From: Candidatus Zixiibacteriota bacterium
GTDB taxonomy: Bacteria; RBG-13-66-14; B26-G2; WVWN01
Direction of reading: 5' to 3'
DNA: 64,000 nt
Assembly: GCA_050117845.1 (NCBI GenBank)
Contig: JASFLY010000004.1
Span: 32,001-96,000 of the forward strand
Under the pieces are notes generated by a model. It was given only the letters and a program-made list of their open reading frames with translations. It was not told the DNA's origin and searched no databases. The translations under genes and the position numbers were made by a program. Positions 1 through 9,102 of the stretch are shown here, piece after piece (positions within the stretch are counted from its first letter, which is position 1; every line of letters starts with the position of its first letter).

Positions 1-2
1 TC

Positions 3-203
3 GCGCACGCCGAGAAGAACCCGAAGCAGGTCGCGGCCTGCGTCCACCTCCTCACCATTTCCCGCGCCCTCGAACGTATCGGCGACCACTCGACCAATAT
101 CGGCGAGATGGTGGTCTACCTCATGACCGCGAAGATAATAAAGCACCATCACGACGTCGACACTTCGGACGAAACCGAGGCCGAGGCGGCTGGCGACGCG
201 TAA
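3..203 (+). CDS. phoU: Phosphate signalling protein PhoU, C-terminal fragment (5' truncated)
   Basis: Manual translation from nt 3: AHAEKNPKQVAACVHLLTISRALERIGDHSTNIGEMVVYLMT...TAA(201-203). LERIGDH.TNI.E is the PhoU signature. Confidence 0.85.
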   Translation, partial: AHAEKNPKQVAACVHLLTISRALERIGDHSTNIGEMVVYLMTAKIIKHHHDVDTSDETEAEAAGDA

Positions 204-274
204 ACTCGCGGCGTGACCCGGCCGCCGAGGCCGGACTTCCTCTATACGCCAAAAATACCGGCCGAAATTACATC

Positions 275-291
275 CGCGTCATTATGGCGCA
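275..291. promoter_or_regulatory. Putative enhancer (UAS) for a sigma54 activator
   Basis: CGCGTCA-TTA-TGGCGCA is a near-palindrome resembling the NtrC-family TGCACCA-N3-TGGTGCA site, about 120 bp upstream of the sigma54 promoter. Confidence 0.45.
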
Positions 292-407
292 TACTATTCC
301 CGCCGCCCGAAACCCGGGCGGCGGAATTCACTTCGAAACTTCTTCGATAATCCCCTTTTTTTAACCCTTTTCGCCTCCGAAAGGCTCTAATTAAATACTT
401 TATCAGG

Positions 408-423
408 TGGCACATAATTTGCT
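408..423 (+). promoter_or_regulatory. Sigma54 (-24/-12) promoter
   Basis: TGGCAC-ATAAT-TTGCT with GG(409-410)-N10-GC(421-422), 40 nt upstream of ATG 463. Confidence 0.8.
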
Positions 424-462
424 ACTATTTATATTAGATATTCCTCATTCGAGGCGACGATT

Positions 463-1365
463 ATGATTAAACCGGTAGCACTGGTAGTAGACGACGACCG
501 CGACGTACGGTACTCGCTGTGCGATTTCCTGGAGCGCGCGGAGCTAAAGGCCGAGGAGGCCGAGGACGGCGTCAAGGGCCTGGACCTCGTGAAGGGGGCC
601 GACCCCGACATCGCCTTCCTCGACTTGCAACTGCCGCTGCTCGACGGCCTGTCGCTACTTAAGATCGCCCGGGAACTGCGGCCCTCGCTGGCCGTGGTCA
701 TGATGAGCGGCCTGCCGTCGTCGGGGGATATCGTAACTGCGATGGAACACGGCGCCCGGGCGTTTTTGCGCAAGCCCTGGAATTTGGGACTGCTCGAGAA
801 AATAGTACAGGAAATTCTGGGCAAGGATTTGCCCGAGAAATACCGCGGCCTCAGGGTCTCGACCAGGATTGAGGACGAGGACCCGGGGGAAGGCCGTGGG
901 GAGAAAGGAGCGGAAAATAATATGGCTATCGTACGTTGGAGCCCGTTCCGGGATCTGATGGGGATTCAGCAGGAAGTCAACCGCCTCTTCGACGATCTGA
1001 TGACGCGGCGGGCCGAGGCGAGCGGCGAGGGGGCCGTTTGGGTGCCGGCCGTCGACGTCTCCGAGACCGCGGACGAAATCAGGGTCAAGGTCGAAGCGCC
1101 CGGGGTCGACAAGAACGACATCGCCATAGCGGTCCAAAACAACGTTCTGACCATTCGCGGCGAGAAGAAGATGGAGAAGGAAACCACGGAAGAAAATTTC
1201 CACCGCGTAGAGCGCGTTTATGGTAGTTTTTACAGGGCGCTCGAGCTTCCCGCGGTGGTCGTGGCCGAAAAGGTCAAAGCCAGCTACAAGGAGGGCGTCC
1301 TCACCATAATCCTTCCGAAGAGCGAGGAGGTCAAGCCCAAAGAGATTCCCATAGACGTGGAGTAG
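463..1365 (+). CDS. Response-regulator receiver domain in frame with an Hsp20/alpha-crystallin small heat-shock protein (Hsp20 part has its own start at 922)
   Basis: Receiver motifs VVDDD, FLDLQLP, MMSG, FLRKPW. Hsp20 part MAIVRWSPFRDL...PAVDVSE...ERVYGSFYR...ASYKEGVLTI.LPK. Internal SD AAGGAG (905-910) precedes ATG 922. Confidence 0.85.
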   Translation: MIKPVALVVDDDRDVRYSLCDFLERAELKAEEAEDGVKGLDLVKGADPDIAFLDLQLPLLDGLSLLKIARELRPSLAVVMMSGLPSSGDIVTAMEHGARAFLRKPWNLGLLEKIVQEILGKDLPEKYRGLRVSTRIEDEDPGEGRGEKGAENNMAIVRWSPFRDLMGIQQEVNRLFDDLMTRRAEASGEGAVWVPAVDVSETADEIRVKVEAPGVDKNDIAIAVQNNVLTIRGEKKMEKETTEENFHRVERVYGSFYRALELPAVVVAEKVKASYKEGVLTIILPKSEEVKPKEIPIDVE

Positions 1366-1522
1366 AAGCCGGGCGATTTCGGCTTCCGGCCGGCCGGCAC
1401 TCGGGGGTGCGCGACGGCCGGGCGCGCCCGGATAGATTAGCGGTTCGGTATGGATTACTAAATGCTTTACCCTTATAATCTTGGTTTCCGTACTACAACT
1501 TTTCTAGTAAAGGAGATTTATT

Positions 1523-2722
1523 GTGAACGAGATCAACGATGAAGGAATCGGGATTTTTATCGATTACGAGTACGTTTTTATCACTCTCGAACGTTTATAT
1601 GGGGTGCCGATGGATTTGGAAGTCGTAATCGAGGGAATCCACAAAAAAACCCAACCGTTCGGGAAAATAATCCTGGAGAGGGCTTACGCCCCGTGGAGTA
1701 ACTTCGTAGAGGGGCTGGCTCAACTGAGCAAATGGCGGGTGGAAACCGTTAACATCAGTTCCAAACAAGTTGATAAAACCGACGTGAAAACGGGTCAACG
1801 CTGCGCGGTCCTCCAGAACAACGCCGACATCTATATCGCGTGGGACGTGGCCCAGCTTATTTATACCAACCAGAACATTCAGAAGTACGCCCTGATAACG
1901 GGCGACGGGGACTTCACCGAAATAGTAAAACGCGCCCAGCAAAACGGCAAACGCGTGATAGTGATGGGCTTCGAACGCAACACATCGGATTTCCTGCGGA
2001 CCCAGGCCGACCAGTTCGTATCGCTGGACGATCTCGCCCAGGCCAACGAGTCGGCCATCGCCGAGCGCATTATCGATTTGGGCCTGGATATGGAACAGCG
2101 GCTCGACTACGTGGGGTATAAGCTTCTCATAGATATCCTCGGCCGCGAGAACCCCCAGGTCAATTTCCGGGAACTCGTCCATCGCGTCATCACCGAGGGC
2201 GTATTCCTTACCGAGCGCCGGCCCGACCCCGCGTCCATCAAGGGCGAGGTCTTCGTAATCATCCCGAACCGCGAGCACCCGCTGGTGCGCGAACGGCTGA
2301 AGGCCCGGGGCATCGACCCCGACGCCGCCCCGGCCCCGCGGCCGGCGGCGGCAGCTGCGGCCGCCCCGCCCCCGGTGGACCCGTTGCTCGATTCCCCGCC
2401 GATGGAGGACCACAGCGACGCGAACTTCGTGGCCGGCGTGGAGGCGTTCGAGAAAAAGAAGTTCGAGGAAGCGGCCGAACGCTTCAATAAATACCTCGAC
2501 GTCTACTCGCGGGATTTCTCGGCTTACGTCATGGCCATCAAGGCCCTCATCGAACTGAACCAGCCGGCCGAACTGCGGAACATGTGCATCCGGGCGCGCG
2601 CCCTGGAGAACTACGACTCGCTGAGTCAGCGTTTCCCGGAGTGGGCCCGTTTCATCGACAACAAGGTGGCCGGCAACGAACCCGTGCTGGACCTCGACGA
2701 ATCACCGGTGCCGACGGACTAG
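1523..2722 (+). CDS. NYN (LabA/DUF88, PIN-like) domain protein with central helical region, Pro/Ala linker and C-terminal TPR-like region
   Basis: FIDYEYV, ADIYIAWD, LITGDGDF, GKRVIVMG...S..L...ADQF. C-terminal GVEAFEKKKFEEAAERFNKYL is TPR-like. SD AAGGAG precedes the GTG start. Confidence 0.75.
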   Translation: MNEINDEGIGIFIDYEYVFITLERLYGVPMDLEVVIEGIHKKTQPFGKIILERAYAPWSNFVEGLAQLSKWRVETVNISSKQVDKTDVKTGQRCAVLQNNADIYIAWDVAQLIYTNQNIQKYALITGDGDFTEIVKRAQQNGKRVIVMGFERNTSDFLRTQADQFVSLDDLAQANESAIAERIIDLGLDMEQRLDYVGYKLLIDILGRENPQVNFRELVHRVITEGVFLTERRPDPASIKGEVFVIIPNREHPLVRERLKARGIDPDAAPAPRPAAAAAAAPPPVDPLLDSPPMEDHSDANFVAGVEAFEKKKFEEAAERFNKYLDVYSRDFSAYVMAIKALIELNQPAELRNMCIRARALENYDSLSQRFPEWARFIDNKVAGNEPVLDLDESPVPTD

Positions 2723-2786
2723 CTTCCGGGACCCGCGTTCCGGGGGAGCGTAGCGCAATTCTTTTACCCTGTATCGAGGTGAAAAT

Positions 2787-4733
2787 ATGGCTAAAATAAT
2801 CGGTATCGACCTGGGGACCACCAACTCGTGCGTCGCCGTCATGGAAGGCAACGAGCCCGTCGTCATCCCCAACTCCGAGGGCTTCCGCACTACGCCTTCG
2901 GTGGTGGCTTTCCTCAAGGACGGGAAACGGGCCGTCGGCGGCGTCGCCAAACGCCAGGCCATAGCCAACCCGGAGAATACCGTTTATTCGATAAAACGTT
3001 TCATGGGACGACGGTACGCCGAAGTCCAGGAAGAGATAAAGACCATATCGTACAACATCGTCGAGGCGGCCAACGGCGACTGCCGCGTCCAAATCGGCGA
3101 CAAGCAATATTCCCCGCCCGAAATAAGCGCCATGATCCTGCAGAAGATGCGGGAGACGGCGGAGGATTATCTGGGCGAACGGGTCACCAAGGCCGTGGTT
3201 ACGGTCCCGGCCTACTTCAACGATTCCCAGCGCCAGGCCACCAAGGACGCCGGTAAAATCGCCGGCCTCGAGGTGGAGCGCATCATCAACGAACCCACCG
3301 CCTCGGCGCTGGCCTACGGCCTCGACAAGAAGGTCAACGAGAAGGTCGCGGTCTTCGACCTCGGCGGCGGCACCTTCGACATCTCCATCCTCGAGATAGG
3401 CGAGGAGGGCGTCTTCCAGGTCCTCGCGACCAACGGCGACACCCACCTCGGCGGCGACGACTTCGACGAGCGCATCATCAACTGGCTCGCCGACGAGTTC
3501 AAGAACGACACCGGCATCGACCTCCGCTCCGACAAGATGGCGCTCCAGCGCCTCAAGGAAGCGGGCGAGAAGGCCAAGTGCGAACTCTCCACGCTGACCG
3601 AGACGCCCATCAGCCTTATGTACGTCACGGCCGACGCCTCCGGCCCCAAGCACCTGGAAAAAACGCTGACGCGGGCCAAATTGGAAGAACTCGTGGGCGA
3701 CCTGGTCGAGCGGACCGTCTCGCCCTGCCAGAAGGCGCTCCAGGATGCGGGCCTCACCGCGGCGGAAATCGACGAGGTTATCCTCGTCGGCGGCCAGACG
3801 CGCATGCCCGCGGTTCAGAACAAGGTCAAGCAGTTGTTCGGCAAGGAACCCAACAAATCGGTCAACCCGGACGAGGTCGTGGCCGTCGGCGCTTCCATCC
3901 AGGGCGCCATCATCGGCGGCGACGTCACCGACATTCTGCTCCTCGACGTCACGCCGCTGTCGCTCGGCATCGAGACGCTGGGCGGTGTTTCCACCCGCCT
4001 CATAGAGCGCAACACCACCATCCCCACCCGCAAGAGCCAGATCTTCACGACCGCCGACAACAACCAGACGACGGTCGAAATCCACGTCCTGCAGGGCGAG
4101 CGGGAGATGGCGGCGTACAACCGGACCATCGGGCGCTTCCACCTGGAGGGCATACCGCCGGCGCCGCGGGGCGTGCCGCAAATCGAGGTCACCTTCGACA
4201 TCGACGCTAACGGCATCCTAAACGTGTCGGCCAAGGACATGGCCACCGGCAAGGAGCAGCGCATTACCATCACCGCCTCCAGCGGCCTCTCCGACAGCGA
4301 GATTGACAATATGGTCAAGGAGGCCAAGGACCACGCCGACGAGGACAAGCAGATGCGCGAGGAGGCCGACATCAAGAACCGGGCCGAGTCCGCCATCCAC
4401 CAGTCCGAGAAACTCATGAAGGACCTCGGCGACAAGGCCACGCCCGAGGAAAAGAACAAGATAGACGCGGCCATCCAACGGCTCAAGGAAGTTCGGGAGA
4501 AGGGCGATATAAACGAAATTCGCTCGGCGACCGAGGGCCTCGAGGTGGCGCTTAACGAAATGTCGACACGCCTCTACCAGCAGGCGGGTGCGGGAGCGCA
4601 GCCGCCGCCGGGAGGCGCCGGGGCCCCGCCGCCCCCTGGTGGGGGGCCGGAGGGCCCGGGTCCGTCCGCCGACGGCGACGTCGTGGACGCTGACTACGAA
4701 ATAGTTGAGGACGAGGGGGAAAGCCAGACGTAG
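2787..4733 (+). CDS. dnaK: Molecular chaperone DnaK (Hsp70)
   Basis: [57 protein letters not shown]-terminal DVVDADYE. Confidence 0.99.
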   Translation: MAKIIGIDLGTTNSCVAVMEGNEPVVIPNSEGFRTTPSVVAFLKDGKRAVGGVAKRQAIANPENTVYSIKRFMGRRYAEVQEEIKTISYNIVEAANGDCRVQIGDKQYSPPEISAMILQKMRETAEDYLGERVTKAVVTVPAYFNDSQRQATKDAGKIAGLEVERIINEPTASALAYGLDKKVNEKVAVFDLGGGTFDISILEIGEEGVFQVLATNGDTHLGGDDFDERIINWLADEFKNDTGIDLRSDKMALQRLKEAGEKAKCELSTLTETPISLMYVTADASGPKHLEKTLTRAKLEELVGDLVERTVSPCQKALQDAGLTAAEIDEVILVGGQTRMPAVQNKVKQLFGKEPNKSVNPDEVVAVGASIQGAIIGGDVTDILLLDVTPLSLGIETLGGVSTRLIERNTTIPTRKSQIFTTADNNQTTVEIHVLQGEREMAAYNRTIGRFHLEGIPPAPRGVPQIEVTFDIDANGILNVSAKDMATGKEQRITITASSGLSDSEIDNMVKEAKDHADEDKQMREEADIKNRAESAIHQSEKLMKDLGDKATPEEKNKIDAAIQRLKEVREKGDINEIRSATEGLEVALNEMSTRLYQQAGAGAQPPPGGAGAPPPPGGGPEGPGPSADGDVVDADYEIVEDEGESQT

Positions 4734-4822
4734 ACGACGCGGCTTGTTCGTCTCTCGACCTCAGTAATACCGTCGGCTCGGCTCGCGGAGAAATCCCTTG
4801 CTCGGGCCGGCGTTTTATTAGG

Positions 4823-4851
4823 TTGACTCGGGCCCCCTAAAGTTGTTTAAT
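4823..4851 (+). promoter_or_regulatory. Putative sigma70-type promoter of M28 genes 1-2
   Basis: TTGACT-17 nt-TTTAAT. Confidence 0.5.
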
Positions 4852-4867
4852 TAGGGGAAAGGTAGGC

Positions 4868-7354
4868 ATGATTATGAGACGCATTCTACTCGTACTCGCC
4901 GTCGCGGGGAGCATAGCGGCGGCGACGCCGGTTTCGGCCGCCGATACGGCCGTCGTAATATCCGACAAGCAGGTACGGCCCGCCGACGCGGCCGGCCTGG
5001 AATACCTCGGCTCCTGTTCCGCCGGTTACCTGTATCGCGGCCCGGAGGCCGCGCTGACCCGCGTGGCCCCCTATCGCCGCCTGGGCGCCGGTGCCGCCGG
5101 CCGGGAATACTATTTAATAGAGACGTACCCGGGCGAAGGTCCCGGGGAGGCCGCGTTCGCCTCCCTCGGCACGGCCGTCCGGCTCTCCGATAACGAAATC
5201 CTGGTGGCCCTCGACGCCGACCGGCCTTTCGGCGAACTGCGGGCGCTCTCTCCCGCGTTCGAGGTGGTCCGGCTGGCGCCGCTGCCGGCCCCCCGGCCTC
5301 CCGTCGACGCCGAGACGCCGCCCTCACGCAAAAACGACCGCCTCGCCGCGGGGCTGGAGGCCGTTACGGCCGACTCCTATCGGGGATACGTCCAGGCCCT
5401 CCAGAATTTCAAAACGCGCTACACCGATACCCCCGGCTACGACGACGCCCGGTGGTACGTCCACAATTACTTCGGCCTCCAGAACCTGACGCCGTCGTTC
5501 TTCGCCTTCGACTTCGGAACGCCGCGACGGGCCCATTACCCCGGGCCGCCGGAATGCATTATGCTCGACTCCTCGTACGGCACGATTAAGCGCAGCTCCG
5601 ACGGCGGCCGGACCTGGGAAACGCGGGCGCCGACGGGCGTCGACGATATCGCGTGTTCCTTCTGGCTCGACGGCGACAACGCGTACGTCGGCGGCTACAA
5701 CAACGTCTTCGCTCACTCGCACGACGGCGGCCGGACCTGGACCGAAGGGACCATCGGCCCCGCGGGTAACGTCGAATACCGGCCCAACCTTGTAGCGTTC
5801 GGGTCGGAGGACGTCGGCTGGATGGCGGGTCAGACCTTCGAGAACGAGGTCGAGACCGGGAACTTCTTCTTCAAAACCGAAAACGGCGGCCGGACGTGGA
5901 GCGAGCAGGCCGCCCCCGCGGGCTTCACGCCGCAATGGTTGGACGCCCCGGACGAGGGGCATGTCTGGGCCGGCGGGGCGGGCGGCGTACTGTATTCCGA
6001 CGACGGCGGGACGAGTTGGCGCGAGTGCAATACCGGCTTCACGGTGTGGGACTTCTCCGCCGCCGGGGCCGCCTCGGCCTGGGCCACCGATACCGCCGGC
6101 CGCGTCTACAAGACGTCGAACGGCGTCAGTTGGGCACGCGTCAATCCGGGGATAGCCGGCGAATTCTATTACGTTTCGTTCCCCGATGCCGGCGTCGGCT
6201 TCGTCCTGGGCGACCATCTTATTAGCACCGTGGACGGCGGCTCGAGCTGGCGGGACCTGGGGCCGCCGCCGGCGTGGCCGTGCAACGTCTTCGCCTTCGC
6301 GGACGAGGACAACGGCCTCGTCGGCTATAGCTTCGACGGCGAGGTCTACCTGACGACGGACGGCGGCCAGACCTTCGCCGAGATCTCCGGGGATGCCGGG
6401 TTCTCGGCCGAGAACGTAATCGGCGAGCGGCGGGGCGTCGAGGCCCCGGACGAAGTGGTGCTCATCGGCGGCCACTTCGACTCCATCTCGGAGCTGCCGC
6501 TCTGCGACGCCCCCGGCGCGGAGGACAACGCCTCGGGCGCGGCGTGCGCGTTGGCGGCCGCCGCGGCCTTCCGCAATCTCTCGTTCAAAAGGACGGTCCG
6601 CTGCGTCGTCTTCGGCGGCGAGGAGGAGGGCCTCTTCGGCAGCACCGCCTACGCCGCGGAGTGCGCCGCCCGGGGCGAGACGGTCGTGGCTTTCCTCAAC
6701 GCCGACATGGTCGCCTTCGACGAGGAGTACGGCCTGCGCGACGACTACGGCATCGCGTACGGCGACTACGAGTGGCTCTACGACTACTTCCAGGCCGTGG
6801 CCTCGCTCTACGGGAACGACCTCTATTACAGCCAGTACGAGTACCGCGCCAGCGACCACAAGCCCTTCTGGGATTTGGGCTACCCGGCCCTGGCGGCGAT
6901 ACACGGCCGGGCCGAGTTCTCCGGGAGCCCCGGATACATCTGGTATCACAGCACGGAGGACACCATAGATAAGATAACGCCCGAGCTGGCGTGCCGCTTC
7001 GCGCGCGACTACGCGGCGACGGTGGCGCACCTCGCGGGCATCGCCGGCGAGTACCCCGATCCCCCGGGGCCGGGGACGGCGACGGAACCCTTCTCCCGGG
7101 CGTTCGCCGTATACCCCAACCCCTACCGCTATTCCGCCGCGGCCGGCGGGGCCGTGACCTTCGTGGGCCTGGAGACGCCGGCGAAGGTGGAGGTCTACGA
7201 CCTGGCGGGCCGCCGGGCGGCCGGATGGGACGTCCCGGCGGGGACGGACGAGTTCTCGTGGCGGCCGGAGGATACCATCGCGTCGGGCGTATATATCTAC
7301 CGCGTCGAGGGACAGGGCCAAACCGAAACGGGAAAGATCGCCATAATTCGGTGA
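4868..7354 (+). CDS. Secreted M28-family peptidase #1 with inserted Asp-box beta-propeller and T9SS-like CTD
   Basis: Signal peptide. M28 ligands GGHFDS, GAEDNASG, GEEEG, NADM, WYHSTED. Repeated S/T-x-D-G-G-x-T/S-W boxes. CTD YPNP...YDLAGRR...GVYIYRV...GKIAIIR. Confidence 0.85.
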   Translation: MIMRRILLVLAVAGSIAAATPVSAADTAVVISDKQVRPADAAGLEYLGSCSAGYLYRGPEAALTRVAPYRRLGAGAAGREYYLIETYPGEGPGEAAFASLGTAVRLSDNEILVALDADRPFGELRALSPAFEVVRLAPLPAPRPPVDAETPPSRKNDRLAAGLEAVTADSYRGYVQALQNFKTRYTDTPGYDDARWYVHNYFGLQNLTPSFFAFDFGTPRRAHYPGPPECIMLDSSYGTIKRSSDGGRTWETRAPTGVDDIACSFWLDGDNAYVGGYNNVFAHSHDGGRTWTEGTIGPAGNVEYRPNLVAFGSEDVGWMAGQTFENEVETGNFFFKTENGGRTWSEQAAPAGFTPQWLDAPDEGHVWAGGAGGVLYSDDGGTSWRECNTGFTVWDFSAAGAASAWATDTAGRVYKTSNGVSWARVNPGIAGEFYYVSFPDAGVGFVLGDHLISTVDGGSSWRDLGPPPAWPCNVFAFADEDNGLVGYSFDGEVYLTTDGGQTFAEISGDAGFSAENVIGERRGVEAPDEVVLIGGHFDSISELPLCDAPGAEDNASGAACALAAAAAFRNLSFKRTVRCVVFGGEEEGLFGSTAYAAECAARGETVVAFLNADMVAFDEEYGLRDDYGIAYGDYEWLYDYFQAVASLYGNDLYYSQYEYRASDHKPFWDLGYPALAAIHGRAEFSGSPGYIWYHSTEDTIDKITPELACRFARDYAATVAHLAGIAGEYPDPPGPGTATEPFSRAFAVYPNPYRYSAAAGGAVTFVGLETPAKVEVYDLAGRRAAGWDVPAGTDEFSWRPEDTIASGVYIYRVEGQGQTETGKIAIIR

Positions 7355-7370
7355 TCCGGGAGGTATCGTT

Positions 7371-8981
7371 ATGAGAAGGACGTTAGGGATACTGCTTCTG
7401 GCCGCCTGGGCGGCGGCGGCGTGGGCGCTGCCGGCCGAGTGGTTGGTGTTGTCGCCGTTGCAGGTTTCGCCGGCGGCCGAGGGGCTTTTTTACCTCGGGC
7501 CGGCGTCGGGAGGGTTTCTCTATAACGGATCCGAGGAGGGCCTGACGGCCGTCTCACCGTACCGCGTACTCGACCGGGGCGCCGGGGCCAAGGATTACTA
7601 CATCGTCTGGGCGCCGGAATGGGTGACCGTGGAGGCCGAGGCCTTCGCGCACCTGGGCACGGCCGTACGCCTCTCGGACGACGAAATACTGGTGGGCCTC
7701 GAGCGCGACTACGGCCCGGACGACCTCCGCGCCGTCGAACGCCGGATCGAGCTGATACGGCTCGCGCCGGCACAGTTGCGCGAATGCCGAACCGACGCGG
7801 GGACGCCCCCGACGGAGAAGGACCCCGAAATCGAGGCCGCCGTAAATACCATATCCGCCGCGGAATTCACCTCCTATATCCAGATGCTCCTGGACGTCCA
7901 GACGCGGTACACGCCTTCGGAAGGTTACGTCCACTCCACGGACGTCGTGGCAAGTTTCTTCAAGGCGCAGGGTCTGGAAGTGACGCTCTTCCCGTTCGAT
8001 TACCGCGGCCTGACTTACTATAACGTCATCGGCGAGAGCCGCGGAACCTTGGCGCCGGACGAGGTCGTGGTTATATGCGGCCATCTCGACTCCATCTCCG
8101 AGCAGGAGTACCGCGAGGTGTTAGCGCCGGGCGCCGACGACAACGCCTCCGGCGTCGCGGTCGTTATGACGGCGGCCCGGGCGTTTCGCGAACTCGAATT
8201 CGACCGGACCGTGCGTTATTGCGCCTTCGGCGGCGAGGAACAGGGGCTTTACGGCAGCTTGGCCTACGCGACCCACTGCTCGAGTAACGGCGACGATATA
8301 ATCGCCGCGATGAACTCCGACATGGTGGCGTACGACGAGGAGAACGGCGCCCGGGACGACTTCAGCCTGGCGTACGACTCCCACGGTTGGTTGGGCGATT
8401 ACTTGAGCGCCGTCGGCGGCCTGTACGGCAACAACCTCATCTACGATCATTACGAGTTCAGCGCCAGCGACCATCGCAGTTTCTGGGCCTACGGTTACCC
8501 GGCCATCGCCGCTATCGAAGGCCGTTCGGGAACGGGGGGAACGACCGGTTACCCCTACTACCACACTATCGAGGATACGCTCGACAAGTTGAGCCCGGAC
8601 CTGGGGGCCCGCTTCGCGCGCGACTTCGCGGCGACGCTGGCGCACCTGGCCGACGCGCCCGTTACGGGGATCGAGGAGGGGCCGGCCTCGGCGCGGGGCA
8701 CGGTACCCTCCGCGCATGAGGCCTTGCGGGTATATCCCAACCCGTGGCACGCCGGCGCGAGCCCGTCGCTGCGGTTCGAGGGGTTGTCGGCGCCCGCCAC
8801 GGTTTCGGTGTACGACCTGACGGGTCGGCGCGTGGCCCGCTGGGCCGTTCCTGCGGGGACGGACGGGTGCTCCTGGCGGCCGACCTCGGCCGACGGTGAA
8901 GCGCTCCCCACCGGCGTTTACCTGTACCGCGTGTCGGGTGAAGGCCGGGAGGAGGCCGGGAAAATCGCGATACTAAAGTAG
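7371..8981 (+). CDS. Secreted M28-family peptidase #2, no propeller insert, with T9SS-like CTD
   Basis: CGHLDS, GADDNASG, GGEEQG, NSDM, SDH, YYHTIED. Contiguous FPFDYRGLTYYNVIGE at the site where paralogues carry about 300 aa. CTD YPNP...GVYLYRV. Confidence 0.88.
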   Translation: MRRTLGILLLAAWAAAAWALPAEWLVLSPLQVSPAAEGLFYLGPASGGFLYNGSEEGLTAVSPYRVLDRGAGAKDYYIVWAPEWVTVEAEAFAHLGTAVRLSDDEILVGLERDYGPDDLRAVERRIELIRLAPAQLRECRTDAGTPPTEKDPEIEAAVNTISAAEFTSYIQMLLDVQTRYTPSEGYVHSTDVVASFFKAQGLEVTLFPFDYRGLTYYNVIGESRGTLAPDEVVVICGHLDSISEQEYREVLAPGADDNASGVAVVMTAARAFRELEFDRTVRYCAFGGEEQGLYGSLAYATHCSSNGDDIIAAMNSDMVAYDEENGARDDFSLAYDSHGWLGDYLSAVGGLYGNNLIYDHYEFSASDHRSFWAYGYPAIAAIEGRSGTGGTTGYPYYHTIEDTLDKLSPDLGARFARDFAATLAHLADAPVTGIEEGPASARGTVPSAHEALRVYPNPWHAGASPSLRFEGLSAPATVSVYDLTGRRVARWAVPAGTDGCSWRPTSADGEALPTGVYLYRVSGEGREEAGKIAILK

Positions 8982-9015
8982 ACAATATTGCATTATTGCC
9001 GAAGTATTCGACTGC

Positions 9016-9045
9016 GGCCGCCCTTCGGGGCGGCCCTTTATTTTT
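9016..9045 (+). terminator. Rho-independent terminator after M28 #2
   Basis: GGCCGCCC-TTCG-GGGCGGCC followed by CTTTATTTTT. Confidence 0.75.
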
Positions 9046-9050
9046 GGGTC

Positions 9051-9080
9051 TTGACGTGGCGCTTTAAATAAGGTTAAATA
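9051..9080 (+). promoter_or_regulatory. Putative sigma70-type promoter of M28 #3-#4
   Basis: GGGTC-TTGACG...GGT-TAAATA, homologous to 14269-14298, followed by SD AAGGAGGT. Confidence 0.45.
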
Positions 9081-9102
9081 TTTAATAAGGAGGTTGGATG
9101 TC

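Noticed and set aside
1395..1412. GGCACTC...GTGC after hsp20 and TTAGCACT near 23804 as CIRCE elements
   Set aside because: Only partial matches; spacing and second arm do not fit TTAGCACTC-N9-GAGTGCTAA.
2652..4181. 509-aa ORF antisense to dnaK
   Set aside because: Well-known shadow ORF on the opposite strand of dnaK, caused by codon bias; no independent evidence of coding.
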